Assembly: GCA_000091205.1 (NCBI GenBank) | Contig: AP006501.2 | Length of the DNA: 64,000 nucleotides | Direction: 5' to 3' (one strand) | Source of the DNA: Cyanidioschyzon merolae | Taxonomy: Eukaryota | Shown: in pieces, positions 19,656-30,499 of the stretch | How the letters are laid out: the number at the start of each line of letters is the position of its first letter | How positions within the stretch are numbered: the first letter of the stretch is position 1 | Notes under the pieces: generated by a model | The model's database searches: none | What the model was told of the DNA's origin: nothing | Seen by the model: the letters and a program-made list of their open reading frames with translations, nothing else | Program-made: the position numbers and the translations under genes

Positions 19656-22472
19656 ATGGTGAGTGCAGACGCCCCTGCTTCCCGGCGAGTGTGGCCCCAG
19701 CGTTTACAGCCAACTGCGAGCCATATCGGTGGTTGTGCTGAGCTCATTTCAACGTTCTTCGGTCCCGCTGGGAAGCCAGACCAAGACAACTTTGGCACAA
19801 CATTGAAAAGTGGATCGATTCGCCCCACGCACAAACTGGAAGAGGCAACGACTTCAAATGCTGGACGAGGGCGGCGTGGCGTGCTCCAGCCGATCGCGCT
19901 CGAGAACACGCCCTGTGCGACGGCTTCGCACCCGAGGGCGCTTGCCGCTGAGTCGGCCCATGAGAACAGCGGACTCTGGGCCGGTGATCTCGTACTAAGT
20001 CCCGGAACAAAGGCGACACTGCAGCGGGCAGCGCTGCTTTCTCGAAATGCGAACCGAGAAGCACCGATCCCGGCTAACGACCCTGCTCCGAGTGCTATGG
20101 TGCGTGCGCCAACAGGCCAGTCGGACGCACCGCCCTCACCGCCACCTGAGGAGGACTTCATCGATACGTCGGTGGTGGACGACAGCTCCTCTTTGGAGAG
20201 CAATATGCTCATCCAGACCACGTCGTTCACACAAACCACTATAATTTTATCGGAGCGCAAACGAAAAACAACCAGAAACCGTAACGAATCTCCTCAGCGA
20301 ACGCACAATGGGTGTGAAAATGTCAGGCTATCCCAGCAAGATTTTCAAGCAGCACAAATCCTCAAGGATCAGAACAAGAGCGATCATACGAACAGCTTGG
20401 CGGTGACAATCGGTGACTCGAGCGCCCCGTCTTTGACTGGCATCAGCAGCCCGGGTCGTCCCGACACGCTGGAGCAGCCCAGTCTGGGTGACAAAAAAGA
20501 GGGTTCCAACCGCCTGGAACGCACCAAGGAGACGCTCAATGCCACAGCCGATATGTCTGCGATTCTTGCTGTTCACGCAGGATTGGTTCAAAAGTACGCC
20601 AACATGCCGCCATGTGACAGCGATGCCCTGACACGTGCGAAACACAACGAGTCCGAATTCTTGATGGACAACAGCATCGCTGCGAAGCAAGAGAGCTGTC
20701 TGTCCACAATGTCGCCAATGCTGCACGGCAATGCTGTACACACGGTATCGGCTGCATGGGGCGCGTCACCGGTAGTTTTCTGGGAGTCATCGGCGCTGCG
20801 CAGTCGCAGGGAGTCCCGCGGCCCGCTTACAATCCTGACGTGGAGAAGCAGGCAGCAACTGCGTGATAACAAGCTTGCTCTTGCCCAGGTTTCACCGGAC
20901 GCCGTGCTCAATGCACGTGCGCCTGTCGCAAGTTCAACGTCATCGGACGGTATAGCGCCGCTCTCTGGAGTCGCCCTGGACGCAACGCATCACGTTCAGC
21001 GTGTGGAAGTTGCTCGGAGCGCGAACCTGGCGCCGACGAGTGCAGTCCACGTTTCCGTTCCGCGACGTGTTGCGCAGGTGGTGTCGAGTCCAGCAGATGC
21101 TTCGCCACCAGAAGAGCGCCGACGAGACCGCAGCAGAAAAACGCTTGAGCGGCGTACCGGGTACCTCGCGGACGAGTACGGCAGCGAGGCAGTTGCAGCA
21201 CTGACGCTTGCACCAGCAGCCGTGACCGAGGATCAGGAACACGGTCTCGATCATGAAACTTACGGGCACACCAAGACTGACCGCATTCCAGTGCAGAAGC
21301 GGCAAGGCGCTTCGGCTGTGGCCCTGAAGTCCCATGGCGGCATTGTGCGGCGACCCGAGGTCTGCACGAACGCCGACGCCCCTGCAAACAAGCGCAGTGG
21401 ACTTGCACTGCCAGCGACCCGCGGGTTTCCAGAGCGCACGTCCGATGCAGCCGAACCCGTACGCAATAGGGATCTGTCACCTCGCGCTTGCAAAGACGGA
21501 ACCAAAGACCCTGTATCCAGCCCCAGAGGCCGTGCATTGCAAAGGCATCGAGCACTGGAGCCGTTAACCCTTCCGCCGCAGGTCTCTAGCGCAGCGCAGA
21601 AGACTTGCATTCCTCCCAAGACATACCAAGGTTTGCCACCCAGAATATCAAGACGTCCTCCAGGGGATGAAAGAGCGCCACCGCGCTTGCCAGCGTTCTC
21701 AAAGCACCTTGAGCATGAACGCTATCGAGCCTCGGCTGAACAAGCGCTGTATCGAGTGAGCGTCGACGCGGCTGCTGCGCGTGAGCGGCCTCCACCACGA
21801 CGCCATACGCTACCCCCAGGGGCGGCGCACCGACCGCCCACGGTCGCAAAGACGCCGCACTTGGAAACAGAGCGGCGGGCGAGACTCCGAGCTGCCGCCG
21901 ATGCCGCCGCCAAAGCTGCTTCCATTCATCAAAGTCGCACTCAGGGTGCGCGTGAAACGCAGAAACCCGCAAACAGCTGGAAACCGCGCATCACCGTGCC
22001 GCAGACCCCAAACGTGCTCCGCCATACGAGTGTCTGCCGACGCGAGCGCCCAAAAACTAAGGAGGAAATGGATCTGGAGGAAATGGAGCGAGGTCGACAG
22101 GCAATCCTACGAATGCGGGAAGCAAACGAGCGTTCCCGCCGAAGATGCCTCCGCGTTCAAACGTGCACCGTTTACAGAGGAGCATTAGACGAGCAAGTCA
22201 TGCACGGATCCGACGACTGTGCCAGTGCGGCACCAGGCATGAGCGGGCAGTCCTCGCGTGCACGCTCCGTGGGAACGGGGGCACTATTCCCGCCGTGGTT
22301 CGACAAGCCTTCGACGCCTGAACCTCGAAGGCGCACCATGCCGGCCCCGAGCGACACCACCTACCGCACAGCCTCTCCGCTAGATGCCAACTGGCAGACG
22401 TCCTCTCCGACGAAATGCGCACATCCAGCAGCACCAAGCACCCTGGGGTTATTCCGCAAATGGAGATCGTAA
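19656..22472 (+). CDS. hypothetical low-complexity (Ser/Ala/Pro/Arg-rich) protein
   Basis: 938-codon uninterrupted ORF, very unlikely by chance at this GC. Codon third-position bias matches the confirmed genes. No recognisable domain. Charged coiled-coil-like C-terminal stretch (KEEMDLEEMERGRQAILRMREANERSRRR). The start ATG is immediately followed by GTGAGT. Confidence 0.4.
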   Translation: MVSADAPASRRVWPQRLQPTASHIGGCAELISTFFGPAGKPDQDNFGTTLKSGSIRPTHKLEEATTSNAGRGRRGVLQPIALENTPCATASHPRALAAESAHENSGLWAGDLVLSPGTKATLQRAALLSRNANREAPIPANDPAPSAMVRAPTGQSDAPPSPPPEEDFIDTSVVDDSSSLESNMLIQTTSFTQTTIILSERKRKTTRNRNESPQRTHNGCENVRLSQQDFQAAQILKDQNKSDHTNSLAVTIGDSSAPSLTGISSPGRPDTLEQPSLGDKKEGSNRLERTKETLNATADMSAILAVHAGLVQKYANMPPCDSDALTRAKHNESEFLMDNSIAAKQESCLSTMSPMLHGNAVHTVSAAWGASPVVFWESSALRSRRESRGPLTILTWRSRQQLRDNKLALAQVSPDAVLNARAPVASSTSSDGIAPLSGVALDATHHVQRVEVARSANLAPTSAVHVSVPRRVAQVVSSPADASPPEERRRDRSRKTLERRTGYLADEYGSEAVAALTLAPAAVTEDQEHGLDHETYGHTKTDRIPVQKRQGASAVALKSHGGIVRRPEVCTNADAPANKRSGLALPATRGFPERTSDAAEPVRNRDLSPRACKDGTKDPVSSPRGRALQRHRALEPLTLPPQVSSAAQKTCIPPKTYQGLPPRISRRPPGDERAPPRLPAFSKHLEHERYRASAEQALYRVSVDAAAARERPPPRRHTLPPGAAHRPPTVAKTPHLETERRARLRAAADAAAKAASIHQSRTQGARETQKPANSWKPRITVPQTPNVLRHTSVCRRERPKTKEEMDLEEMERGRQAILRMREANERSRRRCLRVQTCTVYRGALDEQVMHGSDDCASAAPGMSGQSSRARSVGTGALFPPWFDKPSTPEPRRRTMPAPSDTTYRTASPLDANWQTSSPTKCAHPAAPSTLGLFRKWRS

Positions 22473-22598
22473 AAGCGCCATCAGGCCTGCAGACGACGCA
22501 CCCCAATGTCTTGGCCATATGACGCAGCAGTGCTGCCTCGTCTTCCTAGGGACTCAAGTTGCGGCCGGTGCCCGCGCTTCTCGGCATAACCCGGGTAT

Positions 22599-22723
22599 CT
22601 AGGCGATTGCTGAAGCCGCTGAGGCGATCTTCGGCCAAATATCCGCTGCCTCTTTCGCTACCGGTCCGGTGATCGCGCTGCCCTTCATCTCGCCTTTCGG
22701 ATTCACTATAACTCCAGCGTTAT
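22599..22723 (-). CDS. RPL23: 60S ribosomal protein L23 (uL14), exon 2
   Basis: Hand translation after acceptor ...ctttag|AT gives (D)[40 protein letters not shown] matching the human RPL23 C-terminus. Phase-1 junction G+AT = Asp. Intron 22724..22960 (237 nt). The spliced product is 140 aa, the same as human. Confidence 0.92.
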
Positions 22724-22960
22724 CTAAAGTCGCTCATATCAGCGGCAAGTGGTTAGTTTCCTGTTCTCGTTTGGTATGACCAGAGGTCACGATAAGCGCA
22801 AACCCGTGCTCAGCCCCGAAAGATGGTTTGCTGACACTATCCTCTTCATCGCCATAGCTTCCGTAAGCGTTTCCCAGACTCACGGAGTTCGCGTCAACTC
22901 AGCGTTGGATTGTGCGTATGAAGCTTTCATCATCGAACGCGGTTGCACTGTGAAACTTAC

Positions 22961-23258
22961 CCTCAAACATTATGTAGGTGCCATCCTTCCGCCGCCATGC
23001 TTTTCGTTGTCTCACAACAACAGCTGGCATTACTTTCTTCCGCAGCTCCGGTTTCCCTTTTTTCACCGTAACCAGGACCATATCGCCGATGCTTGCAGCA
23101 GGGAGCCGGTTCAAGCGACCGCGCACACCGTGCACCGCGATGATGTACAAGTTCTTCGCTCCGGAGTTGTCGGCACAGTTTATTACTGCGCCAACTGGAA
23201 GACCAAGCGTACAGCGAAACTTGGTGCCTGCTGCACCACCACGCCCGCGTTTACTCAT
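22961..23258 (-). CDS. RPL23: 60S ribosomal protein L23 (uL14), exon 1
   Basis: [99 protein letters not shown] is near-identical to eukaryotic RPL23. The exon ends GAG G | GTAAGT (donor at 22960-22955, minus strand). Confidence 0.93.
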
Positions 23259-24986
23259 GATTCAAGTTGATGACGATGATGGTGACGCTGGTGATGGTAC
23301 TGAAGCCGTCCAAGACGCGTTGGTAATGCGCACCCGACAATGCTGGTACGATCCTCGATTACGAGTCGTGCCGCTTTGGCGTCGACGGGACGGGCGTGAC
23401 CCCGGCGAGGGTGTCAGAGTCTGAACAATAGCGTATATTTTGGTTTGTTTGAATCTTTTTTCGGACATATCTTGACAGCGCTCATCGCGTCCATCGCAGT
23501 GCGGCCGAATCCCGTGGCGGTGCATGATGCTGGCGCCCGTCCAGCGTTCACAAGTATGAAGCAGCGCGCCCGGGCACGCGCTGGAATCCGCAATGAGGGT
23601 CGTCGTCGTCGTCGTCGCCCAGGCATGCTGCGGCTGGTCGGGTACCGACGACACTGGGGTAGCGGTATCGCCAACACTGCGATCACGTGGCTAGCTGCTG
23701 TAGTCACTGTCAGATATCGCGTCACGTCTCGGGCAGATGCGGTTGCACAGGCGGGGACTTTCCCGAATACAGGGGGCTTGCTTTCGTGTTCAGATGCATT
23801 GATGGAGACGATGTATGCGCGAACTGGGTCTCGCCTTTCGTCGGTAGGTATGCGGTGATTCGTCGACATTATCAGTTTTTTTGGACTCAAGAGTGTTGAC
23901 CAATTTGGGCGTGAGCGGTATCCCGAATGCAGCGGATCTTCCGCTCGAATACCCCCGAGCTGCGTCGCTCCAGCGCCAACCGATGCTCGGTTGCCTCTTC
24001 TTGGTCGACTCGCCAACGCGCACATGCATACCTGCACATCGCATCCTGAACCCTTGAGGCCATCCATTTTGTCTGGCAGGTGTGTATCGAGCAGCTTTGC
24101 AACTCCCTGCGGTTGTGATCCGCGCACTCCACTGCACACTGCTGTCAGCGGTGCATGGAAGATACACACCCTAGAATCTGCTGCAGCGAGCTGCGAAGCT
24201 TTCAGCGTCAGGCGAGGGAACGCCTCGTGAGCATGCGAGGCCCGACAGGCTTGCCAAATGGACGTCGACGTCTGCCTGGCAAACACCAGGCATGCGCCCC
24301 ACCGAGATATCTACCTGTTCCTATCACTAGTGGCGACAGAGGGAGACAGAAAGACGCTGATTGGGCTTGTCTGATGCAAGAGTTGGGCATCGTCATCAAG
24401 TGAACGCAGCAACTAGCTACGTATCGTTCCAAGCGTATCGAGCAGTCACGTGATCAGTCATTTGCGTGGATCGAACCAACACATCCGCAAGCATGCCGAT
24501 ACCAGCCACGCTACATATAGCGAGGGCGATGCTTCCCAGTCCATATAAACGTTCTATCAAACGAGAAAATAAGAATACAAGTAACTCGCTCCCAAGCTCG
24601 CATTGCCGAGCGCCCAGGCGCGATGTCGTTCCGTATCGTACAGAGACTGGAGCTGTGCGCTGCTGAGCGCATTCACGGCATATCGCTTTTGCGCCTGCGA
24701 ACTGGGACCGTTCATGGCTGGGAATCACACGCTCAATTGCGGTACTGAGTGCCCATTCACTGCCTCTGCTGTGGCTGGAGCGAACGAGTCTGTTGAGCGT
24801 CTCGGTTTCCAACTGCCGCCCGGAGGCCGAGCAAAGGCGAACACCCCGACCCTGAGGCGAAGCGCTCGGTGCCTGCTGTCTTCGAGCGAGCACAGGTGCG
24901 GTACCTGGTCCAGTCAGCTAGACGTCCAGAAAGTGAAGCGTTGCAATACGAACCGTGTTCGACGACAGCGCTTCGCGGGTGTTCGA

Positions 24987-26099
24987 ATGGACCACCGGAA
25001 ACCCACCAGTGGCCCTGTTGTTCTAGGCCTCGGTGCAACAGCGCTCGACTACCTTGCCACCGTTGAACGATATCCACAACCAGACGAGAAGATACGAAGT
25101 CAATCCTTGACAATACAGGGTGGTGGCAACGTTGCGAATACGCTCACGGCACTGGCACGCCTCGGTGTCGCGACCAGACTCGCAACGAAACTGGGTGACG
25201 ATGCGATCGGGCGGGACATACTCGCAGAGTTGCAGCACGAAGGCGTCGACACAAGCTTCGTCGCTATAAAGACGAATATGAACTCGCCCATAACCTACGT
25301 GATCGTCGATGCGTCCACACGAACACGAACCTGTATCCACACACCGGCCGCGGAGGAGTTGCTCGCCTCGGATGTCGTGAACCGCGACGCACTATGGGAG
25401 CGTGTTGCACTGGTACACCTCGACTCACGTCATACGAGCGCCGCACTGGCTCTGGCCAGAGAGGCGGTCCAACGCGGCATCCCTGTTGTCTTGGATATCG
25501 AAAAGGATCGCCCACATGCGCTTGATTTGGTTGCTCTGGCAGACTACATCATCACGAATGCGACGTACCCGCTGCATTTTAGTGCACAGCCGGGCATGAG
25601 CGCGAATCGCCTAACTGCACTGAGCGGCCTTGTCGCGATCATGGACTATGGAAGGGCAGCGTTTGCAATTAGCACCCAGGGTGCAGAGGGATCGCTCATG
25701 GTTCGTCGACGTCATAATGTCGATGGTCTTTATGCATTGGGTCATGAAACCGAGGAGCCGGCGCCAACTGGCCTTCCGATACTGGTACAGAGCGATACGT
25801 ATCCGCCGGCAACGGCATGCGGCTCATGCGAGCCCCAGTACGACGTGCTGCGCTGTCCAGCGTGGCCGCTCTCCAGACCAGTTGTAGACACGACAGGTGC
25901 AGGGGACGCGTATATCGCGGGTGTAATCTACGCGCTATTGCATGGGTTATCAGACGGGCAAGCGATGGCGCTAGGTTCGTTTGTAGCTGCGGAGAAGCTT
26001 GCTGGACCAGGGGCCCGCTCGGCGCTACCCCGGCTGGAACAGGTGCCTCCAGCGTTGCGCGCGCGTGTTCAAGCGCCGTCGAACTGGAGGTCAGGCTGA
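24987..26099 (+). CDS. PfkB-family carbohydrate kinase (ribokinase/ketohexokinase-like)
   Basis: VVLGLGATALDYL...QGGGNVANT (N-terminal Gly-rich sugar-binding motif) and DTTGAGDAYIAGVIYAL (PfkB signature 2 with catalytic Asp). Start set at the internal Met (MDHRKPTSGPVVLGLG) of track ORF 24603..26099. Confidence 0.78.
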   Translation: MDHRKPTSGPVVLGLGATALDYLATVERYPQPDEKIRSQSLTIQGGGNVANTLTALARLGVATRLATKLGDDAIGRDILAELQHEGVDTSFVAIKTNMNSPITYVIVDASTRTRTCIHTPAAEELLASDVVNRDALWERVALVHLDSRHTSAALALAREAVQRGIPVVLDIEKDRPHALDLVALADYIITNATYPLHFSAQPGMSANRLTALSGLVAIMDYGRAAFAISTQGAEGSLMVRRRHNVDGLYALGHETEEPAPTGLPILVQSDTYPPATACGSCEPQYDVLRCPAWPLSRPVVDTTGAGDAYIAGVIYALLHGLSDGQAMALGSFVAAEKLAGPGARSALPRLEQVPPALRARVQAPSNWRSG

Positions 26100-26831
26100 G
26101 GGCTTTGCAGCCCAGCGTTGTCGCAGGTGCGCGATGAAATGGGTGCCCTTACTCCTCGATAACCATTGCGGTGAAGGATTTGGAGTGAAGAATGCTGCTA
26201 GTGCCGATGCCCGATGCCCGATGCCGTGACCTCCTCGATCGCCGCTTCTGTGACGTATGCGGTGTGAAGGATGCTGCTGATGCTGCTGCATGGTGCAGTT
26301 CCCTGCACACACACTTGTGCTGAGCTGGGCGTCATGCCAAGCATCTCGACTGCGGCATGAGCGCTGCTATCGTTTCCCTGGCAATTGCTGGACAGCTGGG
26401 CGCTTAGACACGGATGCTAGTAGGGCGCTGCGTTTCCGCCCAGGTCGATGTGTACAGGTGTTGTGCACGATACACTTGGGGATAGCGCTGCACTACGATG
26501 AGCATCAGCGTATGACAGCCGGTGGTCCGAGCCTCGATATCGCTCCGACCTGCGCTAGCAGGCACGAAAGCACGCGCAGCCAACGGACGACCGAGTCGGA
26601 CGGGGGTGCAAGCGGCGCGGTCACTGGAGCGCGCGAGACGCACCAAAGGCTCGTGTGTGACGACTTGTGTATCGTCGTTCCGAGACAACGTATGCTTTGC
26701 TTGCGCCAAAAACCATGTCGGTTGGAAAGGTTTACCCCGAAACCAGCTCGAAATCCGACCTCATCGCTCGCAAAGCATTGATCCAGTACAGCAATCATGC
26801 GGGTTGTTGCAGTCGTTTAAACCATAGATGA

Positions 26832-26857
26832 CAGCAGCAGCAGCAGCAGCAGCAGCA
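26832..26857. repeat. (CAG)n microsatellite, ~9 units
   Basis: Direct read acagcagcagcagcagcagcagcagcatg, intergenic between the convergent PfkB and KDSR genes. Confidence 0.9.
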
Positions 26858-26971
26858 TGTTCACAATGTGCCGGGTTGTCCGTTGTGCCAGTAAGCGCCT
26901 ACTGGACGCGTGCTTGTTCGCAAAGCGACCAACTTTGCGTTGGATACTCTATTCAATGCGATGCTTTCACG

Positions 26972-28360
26972 TTAAATAGACTGGCGAATCTCGTCCCGTA
27001 ATCGTCGCTCAGTGTCTCGAGCAATCAAGCGATGGAATCTAACGACATAATAGGCAACGACACAGCGCAAGATCGGGAGAAGCGCGATCGATAGCACCCC
27101 AAAGTTGCCTGGAGCGAAACCTGCGTTCAGTGCACCCATCAAGTACCCATCAAGACCGAAAGTGATCCAGAATTTTCGTTTGGTGATGCCTCGCAGTGTC
27201 ACTCTGGCGACCTCATCAGCTGGCAGAGCAGCGCCAGCGGACATTTCCGTGCACGCTCTGGTGGCAGGCGGCTTGCGTCGATTTTCCACGTCAAAGCCGC
27301 GTGTCAAGGTATCCGGCGGAAATACCACCGAAACACCAATACCGTAGGGCCTCCCCTCATATACCAGCGTTTCTGCGAGACCGCGCAAGGCATACTTTGC
27401 TGGTGCGTAGGCGCTGTATCCGAAAATCGCTGCGAACGCTGCCATCGACGAGAAGAACACGATGTGTCGCGGTCTTTCCGAGCAGTACGGCACCCGTATT
27501 CGAACATCACCGCGTCTGTGCGTATGCTCCGCGACGATTGCCTCAAGAACCTCGCGTTTCCATTCACGAAAGGCAGCCTGAGCGACCAGAGCTGCAGACA
27601 TATAGTTGCACTCCATTTGCGCCCTAAACTCTTCCACTGTGAACTCTTCGAAATAACCCGGTAGTGCACCGCCAGCACAGCAGATAACAACGTCATAAGT
27701 CTCGCGTTTGTTCCCAAAGACACGGGCAACACCCCCTGGAGTTGAGACGTCTGCTTGTATTGTTTCAATCACCGGTTGGTGTCCCGAATCGCTGCCTTGA
27801 GCTGCCTTGGGGCGGCTCGAGAGCAGCACCTGCTTGGCAGTTTCCAGTCGCGACGCGTCCCTTCCTACGATAGTGAGGTGTCGCGGCGGCCCTGGTGAGA
27901 CACTAGCCTCACAGAGCATGCGCGCTATCTCGAAACCAATGCCGCTCGTCCCGCCCGTGATCAGTACCCGCAGGTTCTCCCACCGAATCGGTTGCGAACA
28001 GTCCCAGCGTTTCCTCTTCTGAGGCTTGCTCCGAAGGCCGTCGCGGTCAGCGCGACTTGATTGAAATATTCGGAAGCGGTGGAAGAGTCCCTGAATCAGG
28101 GCCATCAGGAAAGATGCAACCACAAACGCAAGCAGTAAACAGAGAGCGTTCCCCGCTCGTCGTTGCGCTTCGGTGAGCAGTTCCCGTGCTGCTCGGAGAG
28201 GCGGTGCGTCGAGCCAAGACGGCGTACGTTCTAGAAAAGTGAGCTTTGGCAAGCTTCCCATCTGCAGCGACACGAGAAGACCCGGTGCTCGGCAAGGAGT
28301 CGCGGTGTCAGCCACAAGCGAGTCTCTACTTTGTACAACCTGAACAGAGAGGCGTAACAC
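26972..28360 (-). CDS. KDSR: 3-ketodihydrosphingosine (3-dehydrosphinganine) reductase, SDR family
   Basis: LITGGTSGIGFEIA (Rossmann TGxxxGIG), YSAYAPAKYALRGLAETL (catalytic YxxxK), then PPDTLTRGFDVENRRKP...LGLDGYLMGAL...FAPGN aligning to the human KDSR C-terminal region (PPDTDTPGFAEENRTKP...LGSDGYMLSAL). N-terminal TM helix present. The upstream Met choice (28360 vs ~28261) is unresolved. Confidence 0.8.
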   Translation of the reverse strand: MLRLSVQVVQSRDSLVADTATPCRAPGLLVSLQMGSLPKLTFLERTPSWLDAPPLRAARELLTEAQRRAGNALCLLLAFVVASFLMALIQGLFHRFRIFQSSRADRDGLRSKPQKRKRWDCSQPIRWENLRVLITGGTSGIGFEIARMLCEASVSPGPPRHLTIVGRDASRLETAKQVLLSSRPKAAQGSDSGHQPVIETIQADVSTPGGVARVFGNKRETYDVVICCAGGALPGYFEEFTVEEFRAQMECNYMSAALVAQAAFREWKREVLEAIVAEHTHRRGDVRIRVPYCSERPRHIVFFSSMAAFAAIFGYSAYAPAKYALRGLAETLVYEGRPYGIGVSVVFPPDTLTRGFDVENRRKPPATRACTEMSAGAALPADEVARVTLRGITKRKFWITFGLDGYLMGALNAGFAPGNFGVLSIALLPILRCVVAYYVVRFHRLIARDTERRLRDEIRQSI

Positions 28361-28481
28361 CTCCGTCTATTTGGCGGCGACTCCGCCAGGTCTACGACGC
28401 CTCCCATCCCTGGTACTTCAGCGCACCTGCGCCACAAATGGCGCGAAGCGCTCGGCGTCGCCGCAGGACACCGGCAAGCTG

Positions 28482-28622
28482 GTGTGCCATAGGAGTGTGG
28501 TATAGGCGTGTGTGCCACAGGAGTGTGGTATAGGCTTGTGCTATAGGAGTGTGTGCTATAAGGGTGTGCTATAGGCTTGTGCTATAGGCTTGTGCTATAG
28601 GCTTGTGCTATAGGGCGTGTGC
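28482..28622. repeat. minisatellite, ~11 copies of a 12-13 nt unit gtgtgctatagg(c/a)
   Basis: Direct read ...ggcttgtgctataggcttgtgctataggcttgtgctatagg... with degenerate copies upstream. Confidence 0.88.
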
Positions 28623-30499
28623 AATGAAGGTAGAGCACGGAGCAGGCGTTTGGTTTCTGTATGTCGACGTGTTTTCCGGGCTTCTTGTACCTGTCCAGTC
28701 CTGGGAATGGAAATGCAATCGTAAGTTCATTCGAATTGATTCATAGGTCGAGGATGCTTGGTGGTGTTTTTGGAGCGAGTCCTTGGACTGCATGCAGCTG
28801 GAATTCGTTGCGTCACCAGGATCAGGATGATTCGCAATAGAAGAGACAAAGAGCTAGGAAACTGACCGATATCATGATCCAGTGTTTGCGAAGACGTCTC
28901 GGCTCTTCCTGTTTCCTTACGTAGCGTATGTTGAAAAATCACGCATTGTGCACGTTTTTGATCGGTCTGTTTCAAGGCTAGTCATTGCCACAGCACTGCG
29001 CGTCGCTGGGCTGACGAGGAAACGAAAACTCGACTTGGTGCACTGGCGAGTGCTTCACAAGCTCATGGCAAAATTTCACTGAACGTGTCATGTCGAATAA
29101 TTATCGGATTCGTTCGAAGGACAAAAGCTCATTTTTTTGTGACTATTGACGAAACTGGATTCGACATCCGTACGCTACCGCTTACGAGATATGCAGGCAG
29201 TGGTTCTCGTCTCTTCTAATTGCATGGAAATTGGTCTTGGATTAGCACGTGGGTCATTGCGTCGATTGGCTCGAGTGGGGCGTGCGTTACCGCGTTCCAC
29301 GATGAGCAGGTAGACGGATCGAACTTGCTAGACTTGATCTCCAGACCTGACTTTTCTTCCCACACTAGTTTCAACACAGACAGCACCGCTTTCCACGAAT
29401 TCTAACTCATATGGGACATTGTGCGCTCGCATATCCAGCTTACAAAGTACTCAGCATCGGATTACCCAAAAGGAGCTCGTCATTGGAGGGCACGGCACCG
29501 GGTACGGAAACGGAGGCGGACATCGAATGGAGTCCTCTGCACCAGACATAAGCATGCACAGAACGATGAAGCATCCCGTCGCGTGTCAACGAGCAGACCT
29601 CACCGGAGCAGGTGCCGTGGACATAATGGAATACCTGACCAAGGTCGAGTGTCGACGGTTCTCCAGCGCACCAAAGTTGTATACAAAGATGATGATGAGA
29701 CTAGCAAGCGGTGCGTAGCTTGCAGCTTTTGCGAGTGCATGAAATGCATGCACAACAGTCCGAAGGACGGGAAAAGAGGACAAAAATACCGAAACGAGTT
29801 ACTAACAACCAACGTGCTACCAGTTTCTTTCCTCCTCTTCGGTGAGCGTTACAAGAGGAAAAAGTTTTCCCAATTCTCAAAAGGTTACCATCTAGGCGGA
29901 AGGTCTCGCGAGCCGGACGAGCCTGCCGGGCATACGCTCTGTGCGCCTCTGCAGCGACCGATGCTGTAGTGAGATCGCCGCTGCCCTTCGGCAACGCAAC
30001 TCAGTCTGGGACTCGCAGCGAGTATGCTGCATTTCAGCGTCGCGCAGGTCGCAGAGGACCCCTAGCATATCGCATCGCGCTGTCGCAGGCAATACGTCTT
30101 TCTGCGCATCTTGCAGGCTCCCTGAATGACAATAAATCCCGATTCCATGTCGTGCAGAACACGCTTCGAGCCGGCGCCCTCAGCGGTATGACAACGCCGT
30201 TCTGTCTCCGTGATGCATCGGCATCAGCGGTGTAAGCGTTAAGGCGCGTGCTCGAAGTGGCACTCGGCGCACGATAGAACGTACGAAACGAACAATATAC
30301 CCAAAACGAAGTACAAGTAATGGAACTAGAAGGTAGGTGCTTCATCATGGGCGATTTCCCGAAAGCCGATACCTATCCCGCAATCTGGGATCCATGGTCC
30401 AGTTTAGACGTTTTGTCATCGGAAAACGAATCGACGCTTAGCGAGCGCACCTAGGAGATCTGGCAGGCATGAGACACGACGCGTACGGTGCCGTTGTTG

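Noticed and set aside
23414-24286. 290 aa minus-strand ORF in the RPL23-PfkB divergent intergenic region
   Set aside because: No similarity, Arg/Ala-rich composition, and it overlaps several plus-strand ORFs. It is probably non-coding promoter sequence, though a lineage-specific gene cannot be excluded.
28482-28622. Short direct repeats resembling a CRISPR array
   Set aside because: It is a eukaryotic nuclear locus. The units are 12-13 nt, contiguous without unique spacers, and no cas genes are present. It is a minisatellite.
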